A stretch of DNA of 64,000 nucleotides from the human T2T-CHM13v2.0 reference genome, Homo sapiens, in NCBI RefSeq assembly GCF_009914755.1, contig NC_060925.1. The stretch is one strand, 5' to 3'. Both the position numbers and the translations under genes were made by a program. Numbering within the stretch: the first letter of the stretch is position 1; every line of letters starts with the position of its first letter. Below are positions 1-13,331 of the stretch, piece by piece. Below the pieces are notes generated by a model that had not been told where the DNA came from, searched no databases, and was given only the letters and a program-made list of their open reading frames with translations.

Positions 1-1085
1 CATGGCAGAGGAAAGCCCCCCCACCACCGGACACCTGGCATGTCCACCTGGGGAAAGGGCACTGGCCCTCTCTGGCAAGAGCTTCTCAGACCCCAGGGTA
101 GGTGGACTTTGTGGTTTTCATCTCTGCCGAGCGTGGAGCCCAATCAAAGATCCAGGCTCCGCTGACGAGAAAACCCAGAAAGCCCCTGCGGCGTGACACA
201 AGGAAAAATAAATATCAAAAGAACATTTGACGAGCTCAATAAATTGATCATATTGTGCTGAACCTTCACCCCCATAACTATGGGACCATTTAAATGCTAA
301 TGCCATTTTTTAAAAAGTCAATTACAGGAGTTTGCAAGGAATGGAGTCAGCATTCCCCACGACAGCCTCTCCTCCTCCAGCTCCCTCTCCTCATCCACAG
401 GCACTGGGGCCTTTGCTCCCCTGAAGGAAATGTTCCCTCACAGTGGTCCCAGTAATTGAATCAAGTTGATACAGACACCAGGAATATTGCAAGTTGTGTG
501 GGTAATGGGAAGCACGTGTTGATAAAGTGGTCAGTGTTTGCGGACCAAGGGGGGCCGCAACTGCAGTTAACCCTTCAGAGAGCACAGCGTCCCCACAGCC
601 CGAAGGGCCGCCCCCTGCCTGGCAGAGCCCCAGGTGGGTGACATGCAAGCATTCCGGAATCTTCCAGCCCTGGGTTCCTGTTTCCCATCAGCACCTGCTC
701 TGCTCTGCAGACGGCAACATGGCCACAATTCTCCCTCCTCTTGGTGGCACCTCCTCACCAACTGGACCCAACCGAGCCTGCAGCCTCCTGAATTGACATG
801 CAGGAGAGGAGAAAGAAGAAGACATGGACCCCCAGAGAAAGCTGGATGCTCAGGAACCCCGTGTCCTCCATAAGGGCCTGAGGGCCTGGGGGTTCAGCCT
901 TCTGCACCCCCAAGTTCCTCCCACACCAACTGTGCTGGTGGCAAAATTCTAGTCACCATTTTCATACCGACAGCCTCTACGTGCTGGGCGCTTAACTCAC
1001 AGGAGACCTGCAAGCCTCACTCGGGGAAACAGAGGCACACAGAGTGGAGGGGCCGCCCAGCTCAGATGCAAGAGGATGGAAAGCA

Positions 1086-1270
1086 TGGGACTCAAAGCTG
1101 GGTCTGCCCACCCTTCCTGGGTGCTGGGACTCAAAGCTGGGTCTGCCCACCCTTCCTGGGTGCTGGGACTCAAAGCTGGGTCTGCCCACCCTTCCTGGGT
1201 GCTGGGACTCAAAGCTGGGTCTGCCCAACCTTCCTGGGTGCTGAGTCTGCCCACCCTTCCTGGGTGCTGG
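1086..1270. repeat. Minisatellite, 39-bp unit, 4 full copies plus a partial
   Basis: TGGGACTCAAAGCTGGGTCTGCCCACCCTTCCTGGGTGC starts at 1086, 1125, 1164, 1203. Confidence 0.95.
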
Positions 1271-1473
1271 GGCCCTGTTCCCCTGACCCTCATTTTCCCA
1301 CCCTTGATCTGGCCCATGAGGTCCTGGGGGCCTGGAGTCTTCCTGGGGTCAGCAGGAGGCCTGCCCCACTGGGGCGGCAGCATGGACGCTGGGAAGTGGG
1401 ACCTGGACGCTTGATGTTGAAACCGTGGTGCCTCCAGGATGCCCTGAGCGCCGTAGGAGAGCTCCACTTCCCA

Positions 1474-2144
1474 GCCACGCGGGCATCCAGGATTGCATTT
1501 ACCGGGGCTGGAGGCGCCCCGCCACGCGGGCATCCAGGATTGCATTTACCGGGGCTGGAGCCGCCCCGCCACGCGGGCATCCAGGATTGCATTTACCGGG
1601 GCTGGAGCCGCCCCGCCACGCGGGCATCCAGGATTGCATTTACCGGGGCTGGAGCCGCCCCGCCACGCGGGCATCCAGGATTGCATTTACCGGGGCTGGA
1701 GCCGCCCCTGCCACGCGGGCATCCAGGATTGCATTTACCGGGGCTGGAGCCGCCCCGCCACGCGGGCATCCAGGATTGCATTTACCGGGGCTGGAGCCGC
1801 CCCCTGCCACGCGGGCATCCAGGATTGCATTTACCGGGGCTGGAGCTGCCCCTGCCATGCGGGCATCGAGGATTGCATTTACCGGGGCTGGAGCCGCCCC
1901 CTGCCACGTGGGCATCCAGGATTGCATTTACCGGGGCTGGAACCGCCCCGCCACGCGGACATCCAGGATTGCATTTACCGGGGCTGGAGCTGCCCCTGCC
2001 ATGCGGGCATCGAGGATTGCATTTACCGGGGCTGGAGCCGCCCCCTGCCACGTGGGCATCCAGGATTGCATTTACCGGGACTGCAGCCGCCCCGCCACGC
2101 GGGCATCCAGGATTGCATTTACCGGGGCTGGAGCCGCCCCCTGC
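1474..2144. repeat. CpG-rich minisatellite, 47-49-bp unit, 14 copies
   Basis: GCCACGCGGGCATCCAGGATTGCATTTACCGGGGCTGGAGCCGCCCC starts at 1474, 1521, 1568 ... 2047, 2094. Confidence 0.97.
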
Positions 2145-4079
2145 ATGGAGCCTCGCACACCCTCAGGTTTCTCACCCCGGCTGGGGCAGCTGCATGGCCG
2201 CATTTCACAGGGAGAGTGTAAACTGCTGAGTTACAGGCAGAGCCCTGGGCTCAGGGGTGGGCGGAGGCCCTGACCAAGCCCAGGGCCATGGGGGCTACAA
2301 GGAGGCAAGGCCCCTAAAGTCAGGCAGGGCCAGCTAGCTGCCCGGCCATAGGAGTCTGTCCACACAGCGCATGACAAACAGAGTGCCCAAGGAGCCAGCT
2401 GGTCTTAGCCTGGCAGAGGTGCCAGATAATCCAGCACTGGAGGCTGTGGCTGTGGAAGGCTGGCCTCTGACCCTCATGCCCCCAGGCCCAGCACTTGGGA
2501 CAAGCAGCTGAGACCTAGGGGCCTGCGGTGAGGAGGTCCCTGGGTGTCCTGTGTGGACCCAGGCTCAGGGGCAAGGCCAGGCAGCTGGGACCCTTCCCAC
2601 TCCCCGCTCTGTCTCTCTCCACCTCAGTTTCCAGACAAAGGCCTTCTCTGGGCTCTATGTCCCACGGCTGGAAGGGAACGCCCTCACCTTGAGGGCTCCA
2701 GCCTGCTTTTTCTGAATCCCAGGGTCCTGGCTGGGAACGCTCAGATGTTGAGACCTGAGCCTGTGGCCAGGAGTGGTGGCAAAAGGGTCCTGTGGGCCCC
2801 CAGCCCAGCTCCAGCCCAAGCGGGGGACCAATGCCTGTGCTCACCTAGGGGTCCTGGTGGGACCGAGGCCACCACCACCCATAGCCCCTCCCCCACCACC
2901 CCAGGGGCTCTAAAGATGCAAACCTCCAAGGTGTAGATAAGAGAGACCCAAGTCCTGCAGCCAGGAGGGGCAGCCTCTCCCTGCAGGAGCCAAAGAAGGG
3001 CAGAGGGGCAGCCAGCCCTCCCTGCCTTGCAGCAGGGAGCAGACATCCCTGGAAGGGGCAGGGGCCAAATGTCATGTGCAGGGTCCAGGCTGCCCCTTCT
3101 GGGGGAGGAAGTAGGGCCTCCTGGGTGTTCTCCTCCCACATTGACCAGTGCCTGCTGCCCCTGGGTCTTTGAAGCTTCAGAAGTTCCCTAGAGTGGAAGA
3201 GCAGACCAGGGGCCTGCCATCCTTGCGTGCTCACCACCTCCTCACAGGGCCTAGGGGCAGGGGAACTTGGCTGGCTGCCCATGAGCCCCTGGCCGAAGAC
3301 CCCAAGCCCTGCAGAGGAGGAGGCTGATGCTGCATCTGGGGTCCCACTGCCTTTTCCCTCCTGTGCTTGTCGCCCGGCCCCTGCTACAGGGCTCAGGTGG
3401 GAACACCTCTGCGTGGAGGGAGACCCACCAGTGTGGCCACGGGCAAGGCCCCTGATAAGGTCACAGGTGGGGAGGACCAGGGCTGCTGAGACTGAGGCCC
3501 AAGCCCCCTGCCTAGGCCCCCAGAGATTCCTGGGTGCGCTGGCAGGGAGGGGGTCAGCTTGGAAATCTGCAGGTGGGCAAGCTCTCTGGTGTCCCGATGC
3601 CCGCCGGAGTCTGAACGCAGCCCCTGCAGGTGCCAGATGGGTGTCTGTCGACAAATTCACAAGTACCTGCCTGCAGCGAGTTCCCACCTGCAGCTTCCCC
3701 ACGCTGTTTTTGTTTGGTGCTTCCAGAAATCATTTCATCCTCCTCACCCACACTGGTGCCCACCCTGTGCCAGGGCTGGGGGCTTGGGTGAAGGAAGCCC
3801 AGTCCCAGTGCCCACAGCCCAGCAGGAGGAGACAGACACATTAGCAAGGCCTGCGGGCAGGTCAGGAGCTGGGCGGGTCCACGGTGAGCCCCAGAGCTGC
3901 TGGCAGAAGCGAGGATGGCCTTCCAGGGGAGGGAACGGCACAGGCAAAGGCCCTGGGGCAGGACAGCACGGATGTGTCCATGGAACATGGGACAGCCACG
4001 GCCTTCACAGCTGCTATGCCTGTGGTGTCGGCTCTAGTTCCAGGGCAAAGGATGGAAAGAAGGCCGGGGCCCCGCTCCC

Positions 4080-4260
4080 ACCCAGGAGTCAGGACCCCAC
4101 TCCCTCCAGGGCACCGAGACCCCACTCCTGCCCGGTCACCAGACCCCACTCCCTCCAGGGTGCCAGGATCTCACTCAATCCAAGTCACCAGACCTCAATC
4201 CCTCCAGGGCACCGAGACCCCACTCCCACCCCAGGCGCCAGGACCCCACTCCTGCCTGGG
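4080..4260. repeat. Degenerate short tandem repeat
   Basis: Recurring GACCCCACTCC and CCTCCAGGGCACCGAGACCCCACTCC motifs. Confidence 0.6.
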
Positions 4261-4604
4261 GCTGCCCCTGCTGCTGTGCCTCCCCTGGTGGAGCGGTTTC
4301 TGGCTTTAAAAGTGTGCTCGTGAGCGCAGGGTGTTTTTCCTGAATGAAAACTCACAGAGTGCATGTGTCATGCTGATGTGACAAACCCGGGCGCTGTTCT
4401 CCTGGGTATCACACCCTACGACTCCAAGGCTGGCCCGGCACAGGGGCTCCCCTTGAGGTGGGCAGGTTTCCAGGCATTTGGAAGTAGACATGGGAAGGAA
4501 GGAGCGACGGGGTGGGAGGGATCTGCCTGCCAGCCCACAGGGCTCAGGGGTCCTCAGAGGTGTCGCCCCTTCCATGCTCAAAATGGCTGGAAGAGGAGAG
4601 CCTC

Positions 4605-4665
4605 TCAGTATCCCCACCTTATAGATGAGGAGGCACAGAGAGGGGGAAATTTGCCGGTTCCCCAA
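4605..4665 (-). mobile_element. MIR SINE fragment
   Basis: TATCCCCACCTTATAGATGAGGAGGCACAGAGAGG resembles the reverse-complemented MIR core. Confidence 0.5.
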
Positions 4666-5957
4666 AGAGCCTGCTGCCTCCACCTGCTGTGTTCGAAGCG
4701 GTGATTTTTCTCTTGAGGCCCCTGTGTCCTAGCATTTCTGAGCTCAAAGGAACCTGTGTCTGGCCAGCCCCTCCCATGCTGAGGACAGAGGTGAATGCTT
4801 GGGACAGCGAGAGGTGGCATCACTGAAGAAGCCCCGTGGCTCCGGCTCCGTCTGCAGGATCCCTCCCAGGACGCAGTGGTGGGCCCAGGCCGGCCAGCGC
4901 TGGCTGAAGGAGCACTGTCCCCACAACCCAGGGAAACAACAGGGCTCCAGGGGGACGTGCAGGGAGTGGAAGAAACTCAAGCCGGGAGCTGTGGATCCAA
5001 AAATATTGCAGAGTTTCCCGAGGCAGGCCCTACGAGATCCCTGAAACGGGATACGCCGAGCTGAACTTGGCCACATAATGCCGCTCTGTTTGGGAAGGGC
5101 CCGGAGCACTGGGGGCCCGAGGTATCTTTCAAAGAGTGATGGTTACGGAAATTAGTGGTGCAGAAATCCATACTCATCATTCATCGGGGGCCTTATTAAC
5201 CTTCTTACGATGTGATAGGAGCGGCTTGGCCTCCTGACTCCAGGGGCCTGGGAGAGGCCATCCTTGTCTCCGGCTTGGAGGAGAGATGCAGGAGGATCGC
5301 CCAGGCAGCACCGGCCCCACCCGCTTCCGGAATCCTTGGAGACACGAGTAGCAGTTTCCTGATGTGATACTTAGGTCATGAGGCAGGGCGTGGACCAGGA
5401 CGATGCACAGCTGAGAGCAGCCCACACGGCCTCTCTCGGGGTGGCAATAACACTGCCTCAGAGACTGGAGAGAGCCAGGCCCAGGAGACCCCAGTCAGGG
5501 CGTTCCCAGGAACAGGGAACCCAGAGAGGCCTGGGCATCACACACACCTGCGCTCACAGTGGCCCCACCTGGACCCCTGGGGGACCCACCCTTCTTCCCC
5601 TTCTGCCCCTGTGTTGCTTCCTCTGCACCGCAGGGGCCAGGTAGCTGCCATGGAGTTGTCTGCAGGTTAAGGGAGGCCAAGGAAAGGCATCTGACCTTTG
5701 GAAGATACCCCAATAAACACCATCCGCTGTCATCACTGATCCAGCAGCTGAAACATGGAAGGGCCAGCTCCAGGGGCCCACAGGCCTCGCAGAACTCAGA
5801 GCTCCACACTCCTCCCGCCCCTGCCCATCCCCTCTTGAAGGGGCCTCACCAGGCCATGGGCTCCCTATTAAGTAATCACATCAATGTCCATTTTAAATAA
5901 GGTCTGAATGCTATGAAGCACCCGTGTTGGGTCAAGGCAGCTCTTGGCAGTGCGGGG

Positions 5958-6062
5958 GAGCTTGTTAGAAATGCAAGTCCCCTGAACCCCAGCACTGGGG
6001 GAGACGGGGGTTCTGTGTAAATGCCCGGCAAGAGAGCTGCATTCCAGTTTGAGACCCACTGG
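5958..6062. mobile_element. Degenerate MER5-like hAT DNA transposon fragment
   Basis: GCTTGTTAGAAATGCA ... AGTTTGAGACCCACTG resembles recalled MER5A hallmarks. Confidence 0.45.
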
Positions 6063-7319
6063 GTTGGACATAGCAGGTGAACGCTGGTCCCAACAGCTTC
6101 TCTCCTCGAAGGGAACAGTGCACCTCCCACTGCTCGAGACCAACCTGGGAGGCTCCCAGGGCCCCTCCTGGGCCTGTCTCCCCCCACACAGCAGGTGCCT
6201 TCTCCCGGGCTCCTTTGGGGCCTACCCGGTGCCTGGCACCCTCAAGATGCCTTTACATCTTGTGTTTTGGGCTTGGCCGCAGGACCCCGCAGGAAGGTGC
6301 ATGGCCGCTTCAGCAAGGCTGGCGGAGAGGGCAGATTTTCTGGGCCCACAGGCCTTGGCAGGATGCTGGCCTCTCAAGGTTGCACTGACAACCTTGGGCA
6401 CGTGACGGATTTATTGAGGGGAGAGCAGGTTGAGCTGTTCTGTCCAATGCCGTCGCCAGGAGGAACCTGCCGTGGCCCGGCCTCAAGTCCTGTTACTCAA
6501 CACTTGTCTTATTATGCTGCAAAGCCAGAGCAGAGCCGAGGTGATAACGCGGGCACGGCAGGCCCGGGCTTTCCAAACCTGCTCATTTTTAGCCCCTGGG
6601 AATCAAAGTGGTGTCCGGCTCTGTCCCGCAGCCTTTGATCCTCCGCCCAGTGTCTCCAGCGAGAGAGAAGCAAAGAACACAGAGAGATAAACCACACTTG
6701 AGCCGTCGCTCTCCGCCTGGCTGCGCCTCTATCTGGGGCCGCAGCGTCCCCCGAGTGCTGAAAAGAGTTCTCCTGGTGAGCGGCACCGTGACCTTCATTC
6801 TTGACCGCGCTGTCCGGATGAGAGTGGCTTGTCCAGACGAGAGTGGCTTGTCCAGACGGAAGGGGAAAGGACGGTCTGCCTGCTCTCCTGAAGGGAAGGG
6901 CCAGATAGCGAGGGAACCCACCTCCCTTCCTGTGGGGTGGAGGTTTGGGGGTGGAGGTGGCCCCAGGAGACAGGGGTCACGGAATTGGCGCGAAGGGAAG
7001 AATGGGGAGCCCAGGCTGAATGTTCTCCACCAGCACATCGGTGGGGGCTCAGGAGGCCAGTCCCATTGCCAAGCGATGAAACTCTTGTATCTTCGAATGG
7101 CCTGGGTGGGTTTCCGGCAGCCAAGAAGCGTGAGCAGCCCTGTGGAAGGAGGGGAAGAGGCACTGGTCTTTTCCTGTTTGTCTTCTGTGGGTTGACCCTC
7201 ACGGAGGCACTCCGCTCCGGGCATGACCTCGGACTCTTGAGGAGCCTCAGTTCGGCTGTCTTTCTGCAGTTAATTACTAGGACAAGGGAACACATCCAGG
7301 TGCCTTTCACAGGGACATC

Positions 7320-7410
7320 GCCCATGAGGGCAGGGACTGCACCCTATTGACCCTATATTCCACCCCAGCTCCTGGCACTTGGCCGGGGCTCAGACACGTG
7401 TTGAGTGAAA
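7320..7410 (+). mobile_element. L2 LINE 3' end fragment
   Basis: CCATGAGGGCAGGGAC ... CCTGGCAC ... TGTTGAGTGAA follows the L2 3' terminal pattern. Confidence 0.5.
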
Positions 7411-8361
7411 AACTGCACATTTGGGCAGAGTTACCAGCAATGAACCTGCCTCTGTAGAGGATCCTAAGTCGGGGCGAGGGGGCCCTCAGTGAAGCCTACA
7501 GAAAGCCAAGCAGCCCAGGGGTTCCCTCTCCACCTGAGAAGCAGCGAGACCCTGTCCAGGTCAGCGGGACCAGCACCGCATCCCAGGCCACCCGTGTGTC
7601 AGCACATAACCTTTGAAAACACCGTGAATGCCGGCTTTGATGATAATATGTGGGTAAAGGTTGTATTGCTATCTGGGTGATGATTCATCCGTCTGTGAAC
7701 CGGGACAAGGAGGTAATAGGAAGGCGCGATGGCCAGGGGCAACGTTGGAACGCAAACTTATCAGAGGCAGTGAACTCCGCGCTGCACTAAATAGAATTCC
7801 ATTATTGTTTCATAAATAGAGAGATTGAAGTACCCAGGCCAGGAACCGATGATCAGAGGGGAATGCGTTTGAGCTCCGCTCTGAATAGTATTTGTTCTGA
7901 GTAAGTGGTTGTCTCGGCTAATAGTAGGGTATTTCATTGTTAAGAGCTTGTTGAGCAGGATTTATGGGTGAGTCCAGCACGGCTGTTTGTGCAGGATGCT
8001 CAGTGGTCGCCAGGGGTCCGGGAGTCGGCAGCAATGTTGTTCCATCCTTTGTCGGCTTCTCCATCTCCTGGTGAACGTTGCCCCTTGGAGAGGCGATGGC
8101 GTGGCCCGGCCCCGGCAGGTGTCTGAGGGCCTGAAGGCACCCCCGTAATCCCAGCACACTCGTGGGTGCCGGCAGTGTGTGAGTGCGTGCGTGTTGTGTG
8201 TGCATCTGTGAACATATGACAGGATTCGGGTTTCTGGCTTCTCTAGAAGCCTGGGCTAGGCCATTCCCCTGCCTCACTGTGGCGGCTCCTTACTCCCCCG
8301 GGGGCCAGGCGTTCCTGCCATGTGCCCACCTGAGCCTTGGCAGTCAGAAATGATGGTACCT

Positions 8362-8460
8362 ACCTAGAACCTGCCTACCAGGTAAACAGGCGAAACCTAG
8401 AACCTGCCTACCAGGTAAACAGGCGAAACCTAGAACCTGCCTACCAGGTAAACAGGCAAA
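8362..8460. repeat. Tandem triplication of a 33-bp unit
   Basis: ACCTAGAACCTGCCTACCAGGTAAACAGGCGAA at 8362, 8395, 8428. Confidence 0.97.
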
Positions 8461-11038
8461 ATCTTGTCAGGTATAAAGAGCTTCTCTTGGGGGCAGAGTC
8501 TGCTGGCTAGGAATTGCTGTGGAGTGGGGGTGTATCCAGGCTGGAGGGCACCCCCGGACTTCTCCCCAGGGAGAAAACAGATTGAGCCCTTCTCTCCATC
8601 TTCTCACCAGCTGTGGTTTCAGAGGCACTTCCAGCAGTCCTGACCCCACCTCAGGGTTTTCTCTTCCAAAGGGGCTACAGGATTGAGGTAGGGAGGGGCC
8701 CCAAGAGCCTCTGACTTCCCCCCAGATCACCAGGTAAACCCATGGGTCAGTGTCCAGCCCCTCTGCCCCAACATCAGCAACACAGCCCTCCATTCCAGGG
8801 CCCCTGTGTGTCCCCTTCCTCCTCCCCCCAGGAACATCCCCGGAGCAGCCCGCGTTAGAACAGGATCCCGACGGATCCCGTGCTGCCTCCCCTTCAGCCA
8901 GCGCCATCCTCTGTCCCCCAGGCCTCGCGGGCTGGGCTGCGTTTGGTTGAGCATTGACAAAGTCACCTCCATTCTCCTCCAAGAAAAGCCCACGAGAGAC
9001 TCAGAGGCAAGTGCTCATAAAGAATCAAACACAAACCAAGCCCAGGTCCTGATCACGGGCACGGCCAATGTTTTTGTTCTTATTTTCCCTTTTCTCTGAT
9101 CACACGTACAAACCAGAACCAACCCCACGTGCCTTAAGAAACACAGACCCAGGGGAGAGGGGTAGACCCCACGGAAGTGGCCATCGGTGTCAGGCCCCGT
9201 CTCAGGGACATCTTCCCCCGCCTGGTCACTGCAGGCAGGCTATGGCAGGTTCTGGGGTGGTTCACCCCTGCACCCTCAGCCCCACTGGGCTTTCTTCGAG
9301 GTGCTCTCCTGCCTGTGGGCCCAAACTGTTATTTAAAAGCCACCTCTGCCTCCCAGGGCACCCAGGTTGTGGCCAGCCCGTCTGTACATTCTTGGCACTG
9401 CTGAGGTGAGATGCATGAGGTCCCTGCTCACAGAACGAGGAGCCAGGCCATTACAGCTACAGGGTATCCAGGAAAGGCATCAGGTGGCGGGCAGGACAGC
9501 TGGCTTGCAGGGTGAGCCCCTCCTGGCCTCACTTTCCCCTCTTTAAATGAGGGTGCAGCTCATCTGAGAATAGGTAGGAAGGTGCCAGTGCTGGGAGGGG
9601 ACTGGGTGGCTCTCTGGGCTCCTCACCGCGGCTGGTCCCTCGGGACTTCCATGATGGGCTCACGGAGGTGCGACTTCCTCCCAGATCCCTCGAGGACCCC
9701 CTACAGCCCAAACCTCCAGGAGCACCAGCGTGTGGGGGCTGGGAAGAGAGTGTCCTTCAATGCAGGTGTGCAGGTAGCCATGCACATGTGCGGGGTGAAC
9801 AAAAGGCCCCTTCACTGTCACCTCCCCGGGGGCCGTAACTCAGGAGCCGAGCGTCCTCCTCTCCCTCCCACCGGTAGCAGCAGACTTGACCGCCAGGCTC
9901 TGAGGCCTGCACACCACGCTCGCCCACAGTGGGCTTTGTTTAGTCTGGGGGAAGCTCCGTTGACAGGGTTTCTGGGCGATGGGCTCTTTTTTCTTCCGAA
10001 TTCTTCCAGAATTCTGTAGGCTGAAGACACCACGCGTGCAGCCTGAGGGGAGAGTAAATAACCCTGTGAAGTGGGGAAGTTCCTGCCTCTCCGGAGGGCT
10101 GCCATGGGTCAAGCTGTGCATGGTGAGAACTGGGGTAACTGGGGCGTGACACCTCTGCCCCCACAAGAAGCCCACTGAGACAGGACCTGCCCTCCCCAAT
10201 CAGAAGAGCTTGTGCAGTGGAATGTTCCAGAAGGCCTGGGTGGGGCTGGGCAGGAGGAAGAGCCTCAGCAACCGCACTCCCATCCTAAGCTGGGGACTTG
10301 CCCGAAAGGACAGCTGGAGCCATTTTCAAGCCTCAGCCTGGGCGGTCATCTGCTCAGATCCACTCCGAGGGTCTCACTTCCTTACGTTCCGGAACCGTAC
10401 GGGTCATGGTGGAGCGTCCTGGGGAAGTGGCTGTCGGCTTGGTTAATGGGTCCCTGCTGGCTGTGAGGCACACGACCAGTGCCCTCTGGAGCTGCCGTCC
10501 AGCCCCAGTTCCCATCTGCAGGGACCCAGAGTCACATTCGCCTCCTAGAGAGGTGCTCAGAGTCGTTATGGTCCGAGAGGCAGCCAGGGAGCTGCAGAAA
10601 TGGACATAAACCCGTCCATTCTCCTGCAAACACTTCTCCTTCCTCCACTCTGTGCGGAACTGGGGCCGGGGGCAGAGGTAGGAATGGGCACAGCCTGGCC
10701 TTCCGGAGCCTGTCACTCAGTGGAGGAGGCGAGAGGCTCCACCAGCCCTAACCCGGGGCCTCGTGTTGCTGTTTGATGTGCAGGAGAGGAGAGAGGCCAA
10801 GAGGGAGCCAGGAGTGGCTTCCAACAGGGGGACCTGGCCCAAAGCCAGGGGAGGCCGTGGGTGCCTGTGAGGGCAGGGTGGGCACATGCCAGAGGTTGCC
10901 ATGGGGGTCGTGTGTGGACCAGGATGGGCAGCCTGGATGCAGAGAGGGGCTGAGTAGGAAAGGATATGGCCGGGAAGGAGGGCTGATTTGTTTTCAGAAG
11001 AATCTTTTCGTGGAACTCTCGTGTGCCATTGTTAAGTG

Positions 11039-11831
<793 letters not shown>

Positions 11832-12120
11832 TGATGAGAGGATTTTTGAGGACTGAGGGTGGCTTTATAGCAGGCAGGTAGGGAGCTGGTGGTGGCAGAA
11901 GGGATAAGAGAGGGGGATGAGGCTCCTGGCATCAAAATGAAGCTGGCACCAGGCCGACTCCTGCCCACAACACCACAGTCTGGAGCGGCAGGAAACAGGG
12001 GACAGGGAGGGAGTCAGGGAAGGGCTGCCCGATGGCAGGAAGGGACCAAGAGAAGAAAAAAAGTCCAGGGTCCCACATTCCAGGAGTAAAAAGGGAATAG
12101 AAGCCCCAAAGGGAGGCACA

Positions 12121-12248
12121 GCCAGACTGTATGGCAAGCTCCGCAGGGGCCAGACTGCATGGCAAGCTCCACAGGGGCCAGACTGCATGGCAAGCTCCGC
12201 AGGAGCCAGCTCTGCAGGGGCCAGACTGCATGGCAAGCTCCGCAGGGG
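12121..12248. repeat. Minisatellite, 28-bp unit, ~4.5 copies
   Basis: GCCAGACTGCATGGCAAGCTCCGCAGGG at 12121, 12149, 12177, 12220. Confidence 0.9.
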
Positions 12249-13331
12249 AAGGCTCTGCAGGGAACAGCACGTCACCCAAGGTACACTAAGGAAGCTGCTG
12301 AGAGTTCTGCAGCACCAGGGCGATGGAAGTTCCAAGTGTGGGCCATGCACTAGAGAAGGCTTCTGAGAGCCAAACCTCTGGGGCTTGGGAATACGTGTAA
12401 GTGACAGCATCTTCCACTCCTTAAATCAGTAGATTCCCGTCAGGCATTGATCAGAGACCCTGAGTGTGCAGGGGACACTTTCCTCCGCAAATGCACCTCG
12501 TGTTCGAGTCCTGCACCCCTCTCCTTCCCTGACCTACTCCCATGGTTCTGAGCACTCAGAGCCTGTCTGCCTCCTTGAAGGCCAGAACGCACCAGCAGAG
12601 GCTCGAGCAGCCTCGCTGTCGGGAGGAGGGAAGCGCTGCAGGGCTGGGTGCCTCTGACGGCCGACACCAGCCTGGGAAATGAGCTTCGTTGCTCGATGGA
12701 GGCACTGAAGCTTTCACTTTACTTAGTTTTAATTAAGTTACATTGAATCCCCACCCCCCGGCCCGGAGAGGGCAGCCCCGGATGATGCCTTTGTGTCCCC
12801 ACAGCACATTGTGAGTCCTCAACAATTGTGCTAGCAGCTTGGTTGTGTGGTTCCCAATTCATATCAGACACCCTTCCAGTCTTAGCTAAAGAGACTCTCC
12901 TGCTTGTTCAGTGCCAACATTCTGGTGGCTGAGGTCTGAGGACACTGCCTGGCCCTTGGTTCCTGGGGGTTGGTGAAGAAATGGGCAAAGGAATCTCCTA
13001 GAAATGCCAGTTCTGGAGCTGTAGGAGTCGTAGACCAAGGGGCCGTAGACCAAGGGGCTGTCTCATGCTTCTCCAACCACGTTTGGCCAAAAAGAGCTTT
13101 TGTCTTTGGACTTTTGCTTTGCTGTAAGTCCCTTCCGTAGCTCCGATGAGCCTGGTCCCAGCAGAGTGCTCTGGCCTTCAGGCTGGGTCTCCTCCCGTCC
13201 AGCCAGGGCTGTCTGGATGTGAAGGGTCTGACCTACAGGATCCGTAAATGGACTTCCTGGAATTTTGTCCTCGGACCAGCACTACCACCAAAACGCACAC
13301 AGCATTTCTCTCCTCTCCCTCAAGACACTGG

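Noticed and set aside
1066-2273. ORFs of 387, 282 and 242 aa with repeated peptides
   Set aside because: They are translations of the 39-bp and 47-bp VNTRs, open in several frames on both strands, with no domain or splice context
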